Source: Bacteroidales bacterium UBA4360 (lineage in GTDB: Bacteria > Bacteroidota > Bacteroidia > Bacteroidales > UBA932). From it: DNA of 64,000 nt. Both the position numbers and the translations under genes were made by a program. The stretch is taken from contig DGSO01000020.1 of NCBI GenBank assembly GCA_002393945.1, forward strand, positions 38,517 through 102,516, in the 5' to 3' direction. Below are positions 1 through 9,337 of the stretch, piece after piece. The notes beneath the pieces were generated by a model. The model was given only the letters and a program-made list of their open reading frames with translations. It was not told the DNA's origin and did no database searches. Every line of letters starts with the position of its first letter. Position 1 is the first letter of the stretch.

Positions 1-503
1 TCCAGGTTCATCAGTATGTCTCCCTTGAGGACACCCGGTTTCAGGCAGTTGGCTCCGGTCATGCCGGTTTCCTCATCATAGGTTACAAGAACCTCTACCG
101 GACCGTGCTTTACGCTCTTGTCTTCAAGGACGGAAAGTCCCATCGCAACACCGATGCCGTTGTCTGCGCCAAGGGTTGTGCGGTCTGCGGTGACCCACTC
201 GCCGTCTACATAGGCATTGATAGGGTCCGTGAGGAAATTGTGGTCCGAGTCGGAAGTCTTCTGGGGAACCATATCCATGTGTCCCTGGAGAATAACACCC
301 TTGCGATTTTCGAAGCCGGGAGTTGCAGGAACGCGGATAATGATGTTACCGGTGTCGTCCTTGATTGTTTCAAAACCGTGGGATACACCCCAGTTGTAGA
401 GATATTCAATCACTTTTCCCTCATGCTTGGAGGGTCTGGGAATCTGGGTAAGTGCGTAGAAATTATTCCACACTACCTGGGGTTTAAGGTCTTTGATACT
501 CAT
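1..503 (-). CDS. pepD: Aminoacyl-histidine dipeptidase (M20 family); 3' part lies outside the window
   Basis: Absent from the ORF track. Manual translation from ATG at 503 gives MSIKDLKPQVVWNNFYALTQIPRPSKHE...LQGHMDMV...TLGADNGIG...DEETGMTGA, the PepD metal-binding motifs. Frame is open to the window edge. Confidence 0.93.
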   Translation of the reverse strand, partial: MSIKDLKPQVVWNNFYALTQIPRPSKHEGKVIEYLYNWGVSHGFETIKDDTGNIIIRVPATPGFENRKGVILQGHMDMVPQKTSDSDHNFLTDPINAYVDGEWVTADRTTLGADNGIGVAMGLSVLEDKSVKHGPVEVLVTYDEETGMTGANCLKPGVLKGDILMNL

Positions 504-518
504 AGTGTTATTGTTTGT

Positions 519-1535
519 TTATTGGTTTACGGGCATTTCGCTTTCCCTGCCCAGCTGATATACGGGGACACGGGTTTCCATGATTGGATTCCCGTCTTCC
601 AGTATCCTCAAGCGGCAGATAGCAGGAATGCGATAATGTATTGTATATGTCTTGTCACTTTTCTTTCTGGCATCCTGCTGGGAGGCATCGGACCTAACGT
701 CCGGAACGGATACCGGAGTGAATTCCAGTTCGTATGGCCTGGACTTTCCGCGGGCTTCCCTGGTTAGCGAACCGTCTTCTGAAAGGTAAAACGCCGTGTA
801 GCGGTTGGTGCGGGCAGTAGCCGACGGCATCACTTCAAAGTATGCCGTGAATTCCCTGGTGACGGAATAACCGGTGAACAGCTTCAGGTATTCCTCTTCC
901 ACCTTTGTGAGTTCTCCCAGTGCCGCCGCCATGGATTCCCCGCTGTATGAAGCATCCGTGTTGCCGATTGCGATATTGAACCGTTCCTCCCTTGCCTTGA
1001 GAATCATCTCTGCAGCCGCTGCAGCCTTGTCTTCAAGCGTTTTCGTGACAGTGACTACATTCTCTACCGGATAACGGACCTCGGCGGTGTCAGTCTTTAC
1101 CGTACGATAGGTGATATGCTTTTCCTGCTTCGTCGGCCCAGTAATGCCAGAGGCGGAGAAATCGGCCGATACCTCAGGCACGAAACGCCACTGCGCACTG
1201 CCGGACTTGTCGGAGAAGGAGATGAGTCCCTGGGCGGACATTTCCATCATGACGGGGCTCATTGCGGGGCAACTGTAACGGGGAGAGTAAGGATCGGCCT
1301 CTACCTTGGGGACGATCTTTATTTCCTTAACGTATGTGTCCTTGACGTCCATAGCAGGGACATTCAGATTGAGCATTTCCCTTGCGAACTGGGAATAAGG
1401 TCCGGCGAAATGGACAGTCTGTACGGCTGTCACCTCCAATGTAAATGAGGAATAAGGCAGTGAATATGTCACATCCTGGGCCTTGGACAAGGCGCAGGAC
1501 AATACAAGGGAGAAGAGAAGAACTGCTTTTCTCAT
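519..1535 (-). CDS. Secreted protein, DUF4831-like
   Basis: 338 aa, signal peptide ending SKA-Q, YSLP...GPYSQFA...L N-terminal pattern recalled for this Bacteroidota family. Confidence 0.6.
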   Translation of the reverse strand: MRKAVLLFSLVLSCALSKAQDVTYSLPYSSFTLEVTAVQTVHFAGPYSQFAREMLNLNVPAMDVKDTYVKEIKIVPKVEADPYSPRYSCPAMSPVMMEMSAQGLISFSDKSGSAQWRFVPEVSADFSASGITGPTKQEKHITYRTVKTDTAEVRYPVENVVTVTKTLEDKAAAAAEMILKAREERFNIAIGNTDASYSGESMAAALGELTKVEEEYLKLFTGYSVTREFTAYFEVMPSATARTNRYTAFYLSEDGSLTREARGKSRPYELEFTPVSVPDVRSDASQQDARKKSDKTYTIHYRIPAICRLRILEDGNPIMETRVPVYQLGRESEMPVNQ

Positions 1536-1536
1536 A

Positions 1537-2460
1537 TTATTTCCATCTTTTGTGTGTCCAGAGGTAGTTCCAGGGCTGTTCGCGCAGGTCTTCCTCGAGG
1601 AGTTTGTAGTACTGTGTCATGATATCGGAGACCGTAGACTCCGATGCATTTTCCGCAATGGGGACTGCCGTCATGGTGTAGCCGCCTTCCGGACGGGTGC
1701 GGTACCTCAGGTATACTGCCGACATGCCCATCTTCACTGCAAGCCCGGCGGCAGCGCTCATGGAATAAGTGTCCTGGTGCATGAAGTTGATTTTCATGTC
1801 TCCGGCTCCATGCTTATAGGGATACTGGTCCGTAATGAAAACATATACCATCTTTGCGGTCCTGTTTGAAAGAACGTGACGGAGTATATGGTTGAAGTCT
1901 ATATAGCCGTTGAAACCGGTATCCATGATGGGGGCTATACGGTTATTGGCGGTGAATGCATCCCAGAATGCATTTGCAAGCGGGGCATATGCAACGCTCA
2001 CTTCTGATGGGTCTATATCCAGAGGCTCCCCGTACGAATACTGCTTGACCCCGGCAATGAGTTCCCAGTTGCCTGCGTGGTTCTGCATCACCATCATCTG
2101 CGGATTGGCTCTGACAAGCCGGTTGAACTCTTCCGGATTGGTAAACTCCACGATATGGCTCTTCTCAAGACGCCTGCGGCCTCTGTCTCCGCGGCATGAG
2201 CCAAACCATATCATTTCCGACAGAACCGTAGCGAAATGAAGATAAAACCGCTTTTCAATGCGTTTTATCTCATCGTATGACTTTTCCGGAAAACTGCGGG
2301 CAAGATTCGTATACACCACGTCTACGCGGTAATGCAGCACTCCCCTGAGTATCCAGGCCAGGATGCGGGCCAGAAAGCGGTGATATTTAAGAGGAAGCAG
2401 GCCGTGAAGGCGTATAAGACCCTCCAGAATCCCGATTCCGGCATTTTTTTTCTTTTTCAT
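1537..2460 (-). CDS. Lipid A lauroyl/lysophospholipid acyltransferase (LpxL/HtrB family)
   Basis: H-AGNWE acyltransferase motif, DQ motif and C-terminal PWNYLWTHKRWK. Start moved to ATG 2460 because the longer ORF runs through the promoter region. Confidence 0.85.
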   Translation of the reverse strand: MKKKKNAGIGILEGLIRLHGLLPLKYHRFLARILAWILRGVLHYRVDVVYTNLARSFPEKSYDEIKRIEKRFYLHFATVLSEMIWFGSCRGDRGRRRLEKSHIVEFTNPEEFNRLVRANPQMMVMQNHAGNWELIAGVKQYSYGEPLDIDPSEVSVAYAPLANAFWDAFTANNRIAPIMDTGFNGYIDFNHILRHVLSNRTAKMVYVFITDQYPYKHGAGDMKINFMHQDTYSMSAAAGLAVKMGMSAVYLRYRTRPEGGYTMTAVPIAENASESTVSDIMTQYYKLLEEDLREQPWNYLWTHKRWK

Positions 2461-2464
2461 TTCA

Positions 2465-2499
2465 CTTACAAATATAAACAAAATTATTATCTTTGTAAG
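2465..2499. promoter_or_regulatory. Back-to-back Bacteroidota -7 promoter elements
   Basis: TATATTTGTAAG on - (2476-2465) and TATCTTTGTAAG on + (2488-2499) between divergent genes; match to TAnnTTTG. Confidence 0.7.
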
Positions 2500-2526
2500 A
2501 CTTGAATTTACTAAAATCTTAATAAT

Positions 2527-4050
2527 ATGTTTAAAGGACAACCTAAAGGACTGTTTGCTCTCGCACTGGCCAACACGGGCGAGCGCTTCGGTTACTACAC
2601 CATGATTGCGGTTTTCGCCCTCTTCCTGAGAGCCAATTTCGGCCTCTCCGCAGGAACAGCCGGAACCATCTACAGTTCATTCCTCATGCTGGTATACTTC
2701 TTCCCCCTCATCGGCGGTATCCTTGCCGATAAATTCGGTTTCGGGAAGATGGTCACCACGGGTATCATAGTCATGTTCCTGGGATATCTGCTCCTGTCGA
2801 TTCCCCTTGGCAGCGGCACCGTAGCACTTGTGGGAATGCTGGCGGCCCTGGTCCTGATAGGCTTTGGAACGGGACTGTTCAAAGGCAATCTCCAGGTAAT
2901 GGTGGGAGACCTCTACAACGATCCTCAGTACGCATCCAAGCGTGACTCCGGCTTCTCCCTCTTCTACATGGCAATCAATATCGGCGCACTGTTTGCCCCT
3001 ACTGCCGCCATCAAGATTCGCGAATGGGCTATGACCCTCGGATTCGACGGCAACTCCGCATACCATTTCTCCTTTGCCGTAGCATGCGCATCCCTTATCG
3101 TATCAATCGCCATCTACTACGCATTCAGAGGATGGTTCAAGCACGTTGAAGGCGGTACCAAAAAGGGTGAGAAAGCCGCTGTCGTGGACACCCTCACCCC
3201 CGAACAGACCAAAAAGCGCATGGTTGCACTGTTCCTGGTTTTCGCCGTGGTCATCTTCTTCTGGATGTCCTTCCACCAGAACGGCCTCACCCTCACCTAT
3301 TTTGCCGATGAGTTCACAGAGCGCAGCGCAGAAGGCATCGCCTCCATGCCGTTCAATGTATGGAACCTCGTCGCTGTAATCGCCATAGTATATGCCCTCT
3401 TCTCCATCTTCGAGAAGGATGCATCCAAGAAAGGAAAATGGATCGGCGTGGGCGTTGTCGTTCTCGCAGTCGCCTTCCTTATCTGGCAGTACACCCGCCT
3501 GAGCGGTTCCATCGAGATCAGCGCACCTATTTTCCAGCACTTCAACCCGTTCTACGTGGTAGCCCTCACCCCTGTTTCGATGGCCATTTTCGGCGCACTT
3601 GCAAACAAGGGCAAAGAGCCTTCAGCACCCCGCAAGATTGCATACGGCATGCTTGTGGCTGCAGTGGCTTTCGGCCTCATGGCTTTCGCATCCATCGGCC
3701 TCAATACTCCTGATGCACAGGCCGCCGCACGCGAAGCCGGACTTCCCGAGACCCTGGTTTCTCCCTACTGGCTCATCACCGTTTATCTGATTCTCACATT
3801 CGGCGAGCTTCTCCTCAGCCCTATGGGTATCTCATTCGTTTCCAAGGTAGCTCCTCCCAAGTACAAGGGTATGATGATGGGTATGTGGTTCGTGGCCACC
3901 GCCCTCGGCAACTTCCTCGTACAGGTTGGCGGACACCTCTGGGGCGGTCTTCCCCTCTGGGTTGTATGGGCAGTGTTCCTCGGCGTCTGCGTCATCTCTG
4001 CTATCTTCATGTTCTCCATGATGAAGAAACTTGAAGCGGCAACCGAATAA
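2527..4050 (+). CDS. Proton-dependent oligopeptide (POT/PTR) MFS transporter
   Basis: ExxERFGYY-type motif (NTGERFGYYTM), GTGLFKGN, FSLFYMAINIGAL, about 14 hydrophobic segments. Confidence 0.93.
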   Translation: MFKGQPKGLFALALANTGERFGYYTMIAVFALFLRANFGLSAGTAGTIYSSFLMLVYFFPLIGGILADKFGFGKMVTTGIIVMFLGYLLLSIPLGSGTVALVGMLAALVLIGFGTGLFKGNLQVMVGDLYNDPQYASKRDSGFSLFYMAINIGALFAPTAAIKIREWAMTLGFDGNSAYHFSFAVACASLIVSIAIYYAFRGWFKHVEGGTKKGEKAAVVDTLTPEQTKKRMVALFLVFAVVIFFWMSFHQNGLTLTYFADEFTERSAEGIASMPFNVWNLVAVIAIVYALFSIFEKDASKKGKWIGVGVVVLAVAFLIWQYTRLSGSIEISAPIFQHFNPFYVVALTPVSMAIFGALANKGKEPSAPRKIAYGMLVAAVAFGLMAFASIGLNTPDAQAAAREAGLPETLVSPYWLITVYLILTFGELLLSPMGISFVSKVAPPKYKGMMMGMWFVATALGNFLVQVGGHLWGGLPLWVVWAVFLGVCVISAIFMFSMMKKLEAATE

Positions 4051-4734
4051 GTGCCCAGACTCTACATCATATCAGGCTGCAACGGCTCCGGGAAAACTAC
4101 AGCATCATATGCTCTTCTCCCGGAGCTGCTTGATTGCAGCGAGTTCGTGAACTCCGACGAGTTTGCAAAACACCTTTCACCCTTTGCCCCTGAAGGCGCA
4201 GCCATCACCGCAAGCCGCCTCATGCTCAAAAAGGTGAAGTATCTATTCGAAAGGAGAGAAGATTTCTGCATAGAGACAACGCTGGCAACGCGCTCCCTCC
4301 TCAAAATGGTGCGGACAGCCCAGCAGCAGGGTTATCACGTGACAGTGCTGTATTTCTGGCTCAACAGTCCGGAACTTGCAATCGAAAGGGTTGCCGACAG
4401 GGTCCGTGCCGGCGGGCACGACATACCGGAAGAAACCATACGCAGAAGATATATCGTGGGACTGGGATACCTTTTCCACGACTACATGAAGGAGTGTGAC
4501 AAGTGGATACTTGCCGACAATTCCAATCCCCCGTTTGAAATAATAGCGGAGGGAACAAAGAAAGGCCTCATGATAACGGATATGGAAAGGTACAACAGAA
4601 TCCGTTCCCTTGTAGGCGATACTGACGGGCCCCAGCGCTCCGTCCAGAATGTTACGGAAGAAATAGTGAAGGAACTCAGCAAGGCTCCACTTGCGCACGA
4701 CGGAGTTCCGTTTTCAGGAAATGATATACAGTAA
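4051..4734 (+). CDS. Zeta-toxin-like P-loop NTPase/kinase
   Basis: GCNGSGKT Walker A, NSDEFA, ETTLA, RVRAGGHDIP; GTG start directly after the transporter stop. Confidence 0.8.
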   Translation: MPRLYIISGCNGSGKTTASYALLPELLDCSEFVNSDEFAKHLSPFAPEGAAITASRLMLKKVKYLFERREDFCIETTLATRSLLKMVRTAQQQGYHVTVLYFWLNSPELAIERVADRVRAGGHDIPEETIRRRYIVGLGYLFHDYMKECDKWILADNSNPPFEIIAEGTKKGLMITDMERYNRIRSLVGDTDGPQRSVQNVTEEIVKELSKAPLAHDGVPFSGNDIQ

Positions 4735-6160
4735 ACAGTATTATCTTGACATTTTCAAAGTGGACACCGCCACTCTGGACCGCCTTGTCCAGGAGGGACT
4801 TTCCCGCGGCGGAAACTACTGCGACATATTTTTCGAGAATACCTCTTACGGCAGCCTCCTTCTTAGGGACGGCGCCGTCACATCCGGTGGAAACCATATA
4901 GATTACGGCGTGGGAATCCGCGTCCTTGCCGGAGAAAAAACCGGCTACGCATATTCAGAGAGCACATCCCCTGCCGATATGCTCTCCTGCGCCAAAGCCG
5001 CCGCGAGAATCGCAGACGCCCCTTCCGAAGTAAGTCCATACGGAACCGGCAGCCCCTCCCGCGGTGAACCCAACCCCAATGCCGACCGATACCCCATGGC
5101 AACCCCGTGGGGAGACCTTCGCATGGACAGTTTCCTGCCGTTTCTGAGCAGTCTCGAGGCCAGGATCCGTGAAAAGGACAGACGGATCGTCAAAATAACG
5201 GTTTCTCTCGCCTTCCAGGTGAGCGACATCCTCATGTACAACTCCTTCCGCGAACTAAAATGGGACACCCGCCCCATGGGCAGCGTCTCTGCAACCGCCG
5301 TATTCTCCCAGAACGGCAAGACAGAGAACAAGTCCACCTCCAGGAGTTTCCGCACCGGCGCCGAAATGCTTTCCGATTCCCTTGCCGATGAAATAGCCTC
5401 AGAGGTTGTGAAAGGCATCGACAGCCGCTTCGAGGCAATCCGTCCCAAAGGCGGCAAAATGCCCGTGGTAATGGGTGCAGGCGCATCCGGCATACTCCTT
5501 CACGAAGCCATGGGCCACGCCTTCGAGGCCGATTTCAACCGCAAGGGCACATCCATCTTCTCAGACAAGATGGGCCAGCGCGTCTGCTCCTCCGGAATCA
5601 ACATCATCGACGATGCAACCATCCCCGGCGCACGCGGTTCCCTCAATTATGACGATGAGGGCGTCCCCGGCCAGAAGACCTACATGGTAGAAGACGGAAT
5701 CCTTACCTCCTACCTCCACGACAGGATCAGCGCCGCCCATTACGGCGTAAAATCCACAGGCAACGGCCGCCGTGAAAGCTTCCGCTATGCACCCCTTCCC
5801 CGCATGCGCACCACCTACATGGAAAGCGGCACCGCCCGTGCAGAAGACCTCGTCTCTTCCGTGAAGAAAGGCATCTATGTCGATGAATTCTCCAACGGCC
5901 AGGTTAAAATCGGCGAGGGAGATTTCACCTTCTTCGTAAAATCCGGCTTCCTCATCGAAAACGGCCGCCTGACCGCTCCAGTGAAGGATATCAACATAAT
6001 CGGCAACGGTCCCCGCGCCCTTGCCGACATTGAAGGCGTTGCCGATGACCTCGCAATAGACCCAGGCGCCTGGACCTGCGGCAAGGAGCAGAGCGCACCC
6101 GTGTCCTGCGGAATTCCAACGGTACTCATACGTGAACTAACAGTCGGAGGTGTAAAATGA
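4721..6160 (+). CDS. tldD: TldD metalloprotease subunit
   Basis: LLHEAMGH zinc motif, DDEG, STGNGRR, PRMRTTY, C-terminal CGK. ATG 4721 preferred over the upstream TTG. Confidence 0.92.
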   Translation: MIYSKQYYLDIFKVDTATLDRLVQEGLSRGGNYCDIFFENTSYGSLLLRDGAVTSGGNHIDYGVGIRVLAGEKTGYAYSESTSPADMLSCAKAAARIADAPSEVSPYGTGSPSRGEPNPNADRYPMATPWGDLRMDSFLPFLSSLEARIREKDRRIVKITVSLAFQVSDILMYNSFRELKWDTRPMGSVSATAVFSQNGKTENKSTSRSFRTGAEMLSDSLADEIASEVVKGIDSRFEAIRPKGGKMPVVMGAGASGILLHEAMGHAFEADFNRKGTSIFSDKMGQRVCSSGINIIDDATIPGARGSLNYDDEGVPGQKTYMVEDGILTSYLHDRISAAHYGVKSTGNGRRESFRYAPLPRMRTTYMESGTARAEDLVSSVKKGIYVDEFSNGQVKIGEGDFTFFVKSGFLIENGRLTAPVKDINIIGNGPRALADIEGVADDLAIDPGAWTCGKEQSAPVSCGIPTVLIRELTVGGVK

Positions 6161-7500
6161 AACTAACTGCCAACGAAATATCAATCGCCGAGTATTGCCG
6201 GGATTTCTGCCTCCGGAGCGGTGCGGACAAAGTGAGGGTTACGCTCACCAAAAGCCTGATGGACCTCACCGGTATCCTTAACGGAGAAATAGACAAGACC
6301 GCACGCGCCCTTGACAGGAGCATACAGCTTGCCATCTTTGCCGACGGCCGCTTCGGCACATTCTCGTCCAACAGACTCGACAAGGAAGGCCTCGAAGAGT
6401 TTATCCTGAAGGCGATATCCACGGTAAAAATGCTCGAGGCCGACCCCTTCCGCAACCTGCCAGCTCCGGAGCGTCTTGCAAAAGACGCCGCATCAGGAAA
6501 CGAACTGGAACTCTACGACCCGCACTATGAGAGCCTGGAGTCCAACTGGAGAAGGGATTTCTCGCTGGGAACATCAATCTGGGCAAGGAAGGAAAGCATC
6601 GAAAACGGGTTTAGGATAATAGCCGAGGAAGGAGAATACTCCGACAGCGTATTCGATTCCCTGACCATAGATTCCCAGGGGCTTTATGCCCGCCACATGG
6701 AAACCTCATTTGAGATAGGGTACGAAGTCACCGTCGAAGACAAGGATGGCAACCGGTATTCATCCTACTGGTGGGACGCAAGCCCTCTTCTCAAGGACCT
6801 GAAAGCCGTAGACTGCGCAGAGAAGGCAGCACTTAGGGCAGCGGCGCAAATCGGCCCGGAAGGCATCGGAAGCGGGAAATACGCCGTCGTAGTGGATGCA
6901 GAATGCGCTTCCAAGCTGCTCACGCCGGTTTTGAATGCGCTCGGAGGATATGCCCTTCAGCAGAAGAATTCCTTCCTGGAAGGAGCCCTGGAAAAGAAGA
7001 TATTCCCGGAAGTGCTGGATATCTGGGACTGCCCCAGGGAAAAGGGACAGACAGGCTCCCGTCTCTTTGACAGCGAAGGAGTCGGGACCAGGACCGCGCC
7101 CATAATAGAAAAAGGCGTCGTGAAGCAGTACTTCCTCAATACTTATGTCGCAGCCAAGATGGGCATGGAACCTACTGTAGAAGATGCCACACGCGTGGTT
7201 GTAAAGCCTATAGGCGAGTGCAAGACAGCCGATGACCTTCTTGCCAAGGTCCGGGACTGCATATATGTAACAGGCTTCAATGGCGGCAACTCGAACACGT
7301 CCACCGGCAATTTCTCCTACGGCATAGAGGGCTTCCTCGTGAAAGACGGAAAGATAGTATGCCCGCTCAGGGAGATGCTCATGACGGGCGATTTCATCAC
7401 CCTTTGGAACAGTATTTTTGCAACTGCCGATGACGCACGCCCTTGCATGTCCAAATTAATTCCTACCTTAGCCTTTGCAAACGTAGACATCAGCGCATGA
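6157..7500 (+). CDS. tldE: TldE/PmbA subunit
   Basis: Follows tldD with ATGA overlap; FDSEG, TGNFSYG, no HEXXH. Confidence 0.88.
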   Translation: MKLTANEISIAEYCRDFCLRSGADKVRVTLTKSLMDLTGILNGEIDKTARALDRSIQLAIFADGRFGTFSSNRLDKEGLEEFILKAISTVKMLEADPFRNLPAPERLAKDAASGNELELYDPHYESLESNWRRDFSLGTSIWARKESIENGFRIIAEEGEYSDSVFDSLTIDSQGLYARHMETSFEIGYEVTVEDKDGNRYSSYWWDASPLLKDLKAVDCAEKAALRAAAQIGPEGIGSGKYAVVVDAECASKLLTPVLNALGGYALQQKNSFLEGALEKKIFPEVLDIWDCPREKGQTGSRLFDSEGVGTRTAPIIEKGVVKQYFLNTYVAAKMGMEPTVEDATRVVVKPIGECKTADDLLAKVRDCIYVTGFNGGNSNTSTGNFSYGIEGFLVKDGKIVCPLREMLMTGDFITLWNSIFATADDARPCMSKLIPTLAFANVDISA

Positions 7501-8495
7501 AAACTGCGGTCGTCATACTGAATTACAATACAAGGGACTACCTCAGGCAGTTCCTCCCTCCCCTTTTGGATTCAGTAAAGGACATGGATGCGCAGGTCAT
7601 CGTTGCAGACAACGCCTCTAAGGACGGATCGGCAGACATGATGAAAGCCGAGTTCCCTTCCGTAAGGCTCATCGAACTGGACACCAACTACGGTTTTACC
7701 GGCGGCTACAACCGCGCCCTCAAAGGCCTGGGGGCCGATTATTACGTCCTCATCAATTCCGACATCGAAGTCCCCGCAAACTGGCTGTCTCCGCTTGTGG
7801 AATGGATGGATTCCCACCCTCACTGCGGTGCCTGCGGGCCAAAACTCATATCGTGGAATGACCGCAGTTCGTTCGAGTATGCAGGTGCCGCGGGCGGTTA
7901 CATCGACCGTTATGGCTATCCCTTCTGCCGGGGGCGCATCATGCAGAAACTGGAGAAGGACAACGGGCAGTATGACACTCCGGAGAATGTAATGTGGTGC
8001 AGCGGCGCCTGCCTCCTTGTAAGGAGTTCCGTATGGAATGAACTTGGCGGGCTGGATGAACGTTTCTTTGCGCACATGGAAGAGATAGACCTCTGCTGGA
8101 GAATGCAGTTAAGGGGCTGGAAAGTGACGAACGTACCGTCGTCGGAAGTGTATCACATCGGCGGCGGAACCCTTCCCAACGAATCCCCGTTCAAGCTAAG
8201 GCTAAATTTCAGGAACAACCTGCTCCTTCTTGAGAACAATCTCCCCGCCACTTTCAAAGCAGCCGGGTCAAAGTGTCCTCGCCTTCGCGCCAGAATGCGC
8301 ATTATTGCGAGAATGCTGTTGGACGGAGCTTCTGCCCTTGTATATCTGTTCAAAGGCAAAACAGCATTCTTCAAGGCAGTCTTGGAAGCTCATAGGGAAT
8401 ACAGGAAACTACGCCTGAAGGGCGAGATAAAAGAAAGCCCCTCCACACCGGAAGGGCTCTATAAAGGTTGGATTATTCCTAAAGGCCTGTTTTAA
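7497..8495 (+). CDS. Glycosyltransferase family 2
   Basis: VVILNYN, DNAS-DGS, NYGFTGGYN, INSD, EEIDLCWR; ATG overlaps the tldE stop. Confidence 0.9.
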   Translation: MKTAVVILNYNTRDYLRQFLPPLLDSVKDMDAQVIVADNASKDGSADMMKAEFPSVRLIELDTNYGFTGGYNRALKGLGADYYVLINSDIEVPANWLSPLVEWMDSHPHCGACGPKLISWNDRSSFEYAGAAGGYIDRYGYPFCRGRIMQKLEKDNGQYDTPENVMWCSGACLLVRSSVWNELGGLDERFFAHMEEIDLCWRMQLRGWKVTNVPSSEVYHIGGGTLPNESPFKLRLNFRNNLLLLENNLPATFKAAGSKCPRLRARMRIIARMLLDGASALVYLFKGKTAFFKAVLEAHREYRKLRLKGEIKESPSTPEGLYKGWIIPKGLF

Positions 8496-9262
8496 GGGCG
8501 CTTGAATCCGTCACGCTCGCAAAGAGCGGAAATGGTCTTGATACGGGTTGCCGTGTCGGGATGGGTAGAGAACAGGCTGCTTACAGGACCTGCTACAGAA
8601 GCGCCGCCGGAAACCTGCTGGAGCTTTTCGAAAGCCTCTACCATAACCCAGGGATTGCGTTTGGAAGCCACCAGGAACTCGTAGCTGAATTCATCGGCCT
8701 GGGATTCCTGCTTCTTGGAAAAATGATTGTTTATCATGGTCTGGCCGATGGCGCCGAGCTGTGAATCGGTGAGAACCGCCACCTTGTCAGAAGTTGCGGC
8801 AAGGCCTTCGAAAGCGGCGCTGGTAAGCATGCTGTTGCGCATCTGGTTGTACGTATGCTTGAGGGCCACATGGCCGATTTCATGTGCTATGACGGAAAGA
8901 AGCTGCTCGTCGTTCATGACGTCCATGATGCCGGTGTAAACGCGGACAGAGCCGTCTGCACAGGCGAATGCATTCACTTCCTTGTCCTGATAAACTTTGT
9001 AGTTTAGTTGTATGTCACCAACCTGTGTAAGCTTGGACGTAAGATTCCTCAGACGCTTTGTATATGCATTGGATTCGGGCAGAACAGTGCTTTTGGCATC
9101 GAGCGACGTGATATACTGCTGCACGTATGCAATGACATCTGTTTCAGGAAGCATGAGGGCCTGAGTGGCATATGCTGCACCCTGCATGAGGCGGGCGGTA
9201 TTGAGCGTTCCACAGGACACAAGCAGCAGAGAAGCTGCGGCAAGGCATAAAAAGCGTTTCAT
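8492..9262 (-). CDS. M48 family zinc metallopeptidase lipoprotein (LoiP-like)
   Basis: Lipobox LLVSC, NAFA, HEIGH, ESQAD, FSTHP. Confidence 0.9.
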   Translation of the reverse strand: MKRFLCLAAASLLLVSCGTLNTARLMQGAAYATQALMLPETDVIAYVQQYITSLDAKSTVLPESNAYTKRLRNLTSKLTQVGDIQLNYKVYQDKEVNAFACADGSVRVYTGIMDVMNDEQLLSVIAHEIGHVALKHTYNQMRNSMLTSAAFEGLAATSDKVAVLTDSQLGAIGQTMINNHFSKKQESQADEFSYEFLVASKRNPWVMVEAFEKLQQVSGGASVAGPVSSLFSTHPDTATRIKTISALCERDGFKRP

Positions 9263-9284
9263 GGTTACATATTGTTTTGGTCTT

Positions 9285-9316
9285 CAAAGTTACACAAAAA
9301 TTCTTATATTTGTAAG
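9285..9316. promoter_or_regulatory. Divergent -7 promoter elements
   Basis: TAACTTTG on - (9292-9285) and TATATTTGTAAG on + (9305-9316). Confidence 0.65.
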
Positions 9317-9337
9317 TTTTTAGGAAAAGCATTAGCA

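Noticed and set aside
2527-9262. POT transporter, kinase, TldDE, GT2 and M48 as a RiPP/microcin cluster
   Set aside because: No precursor peptide, YcaO or export ABC transporter; all are common housekeeping families.
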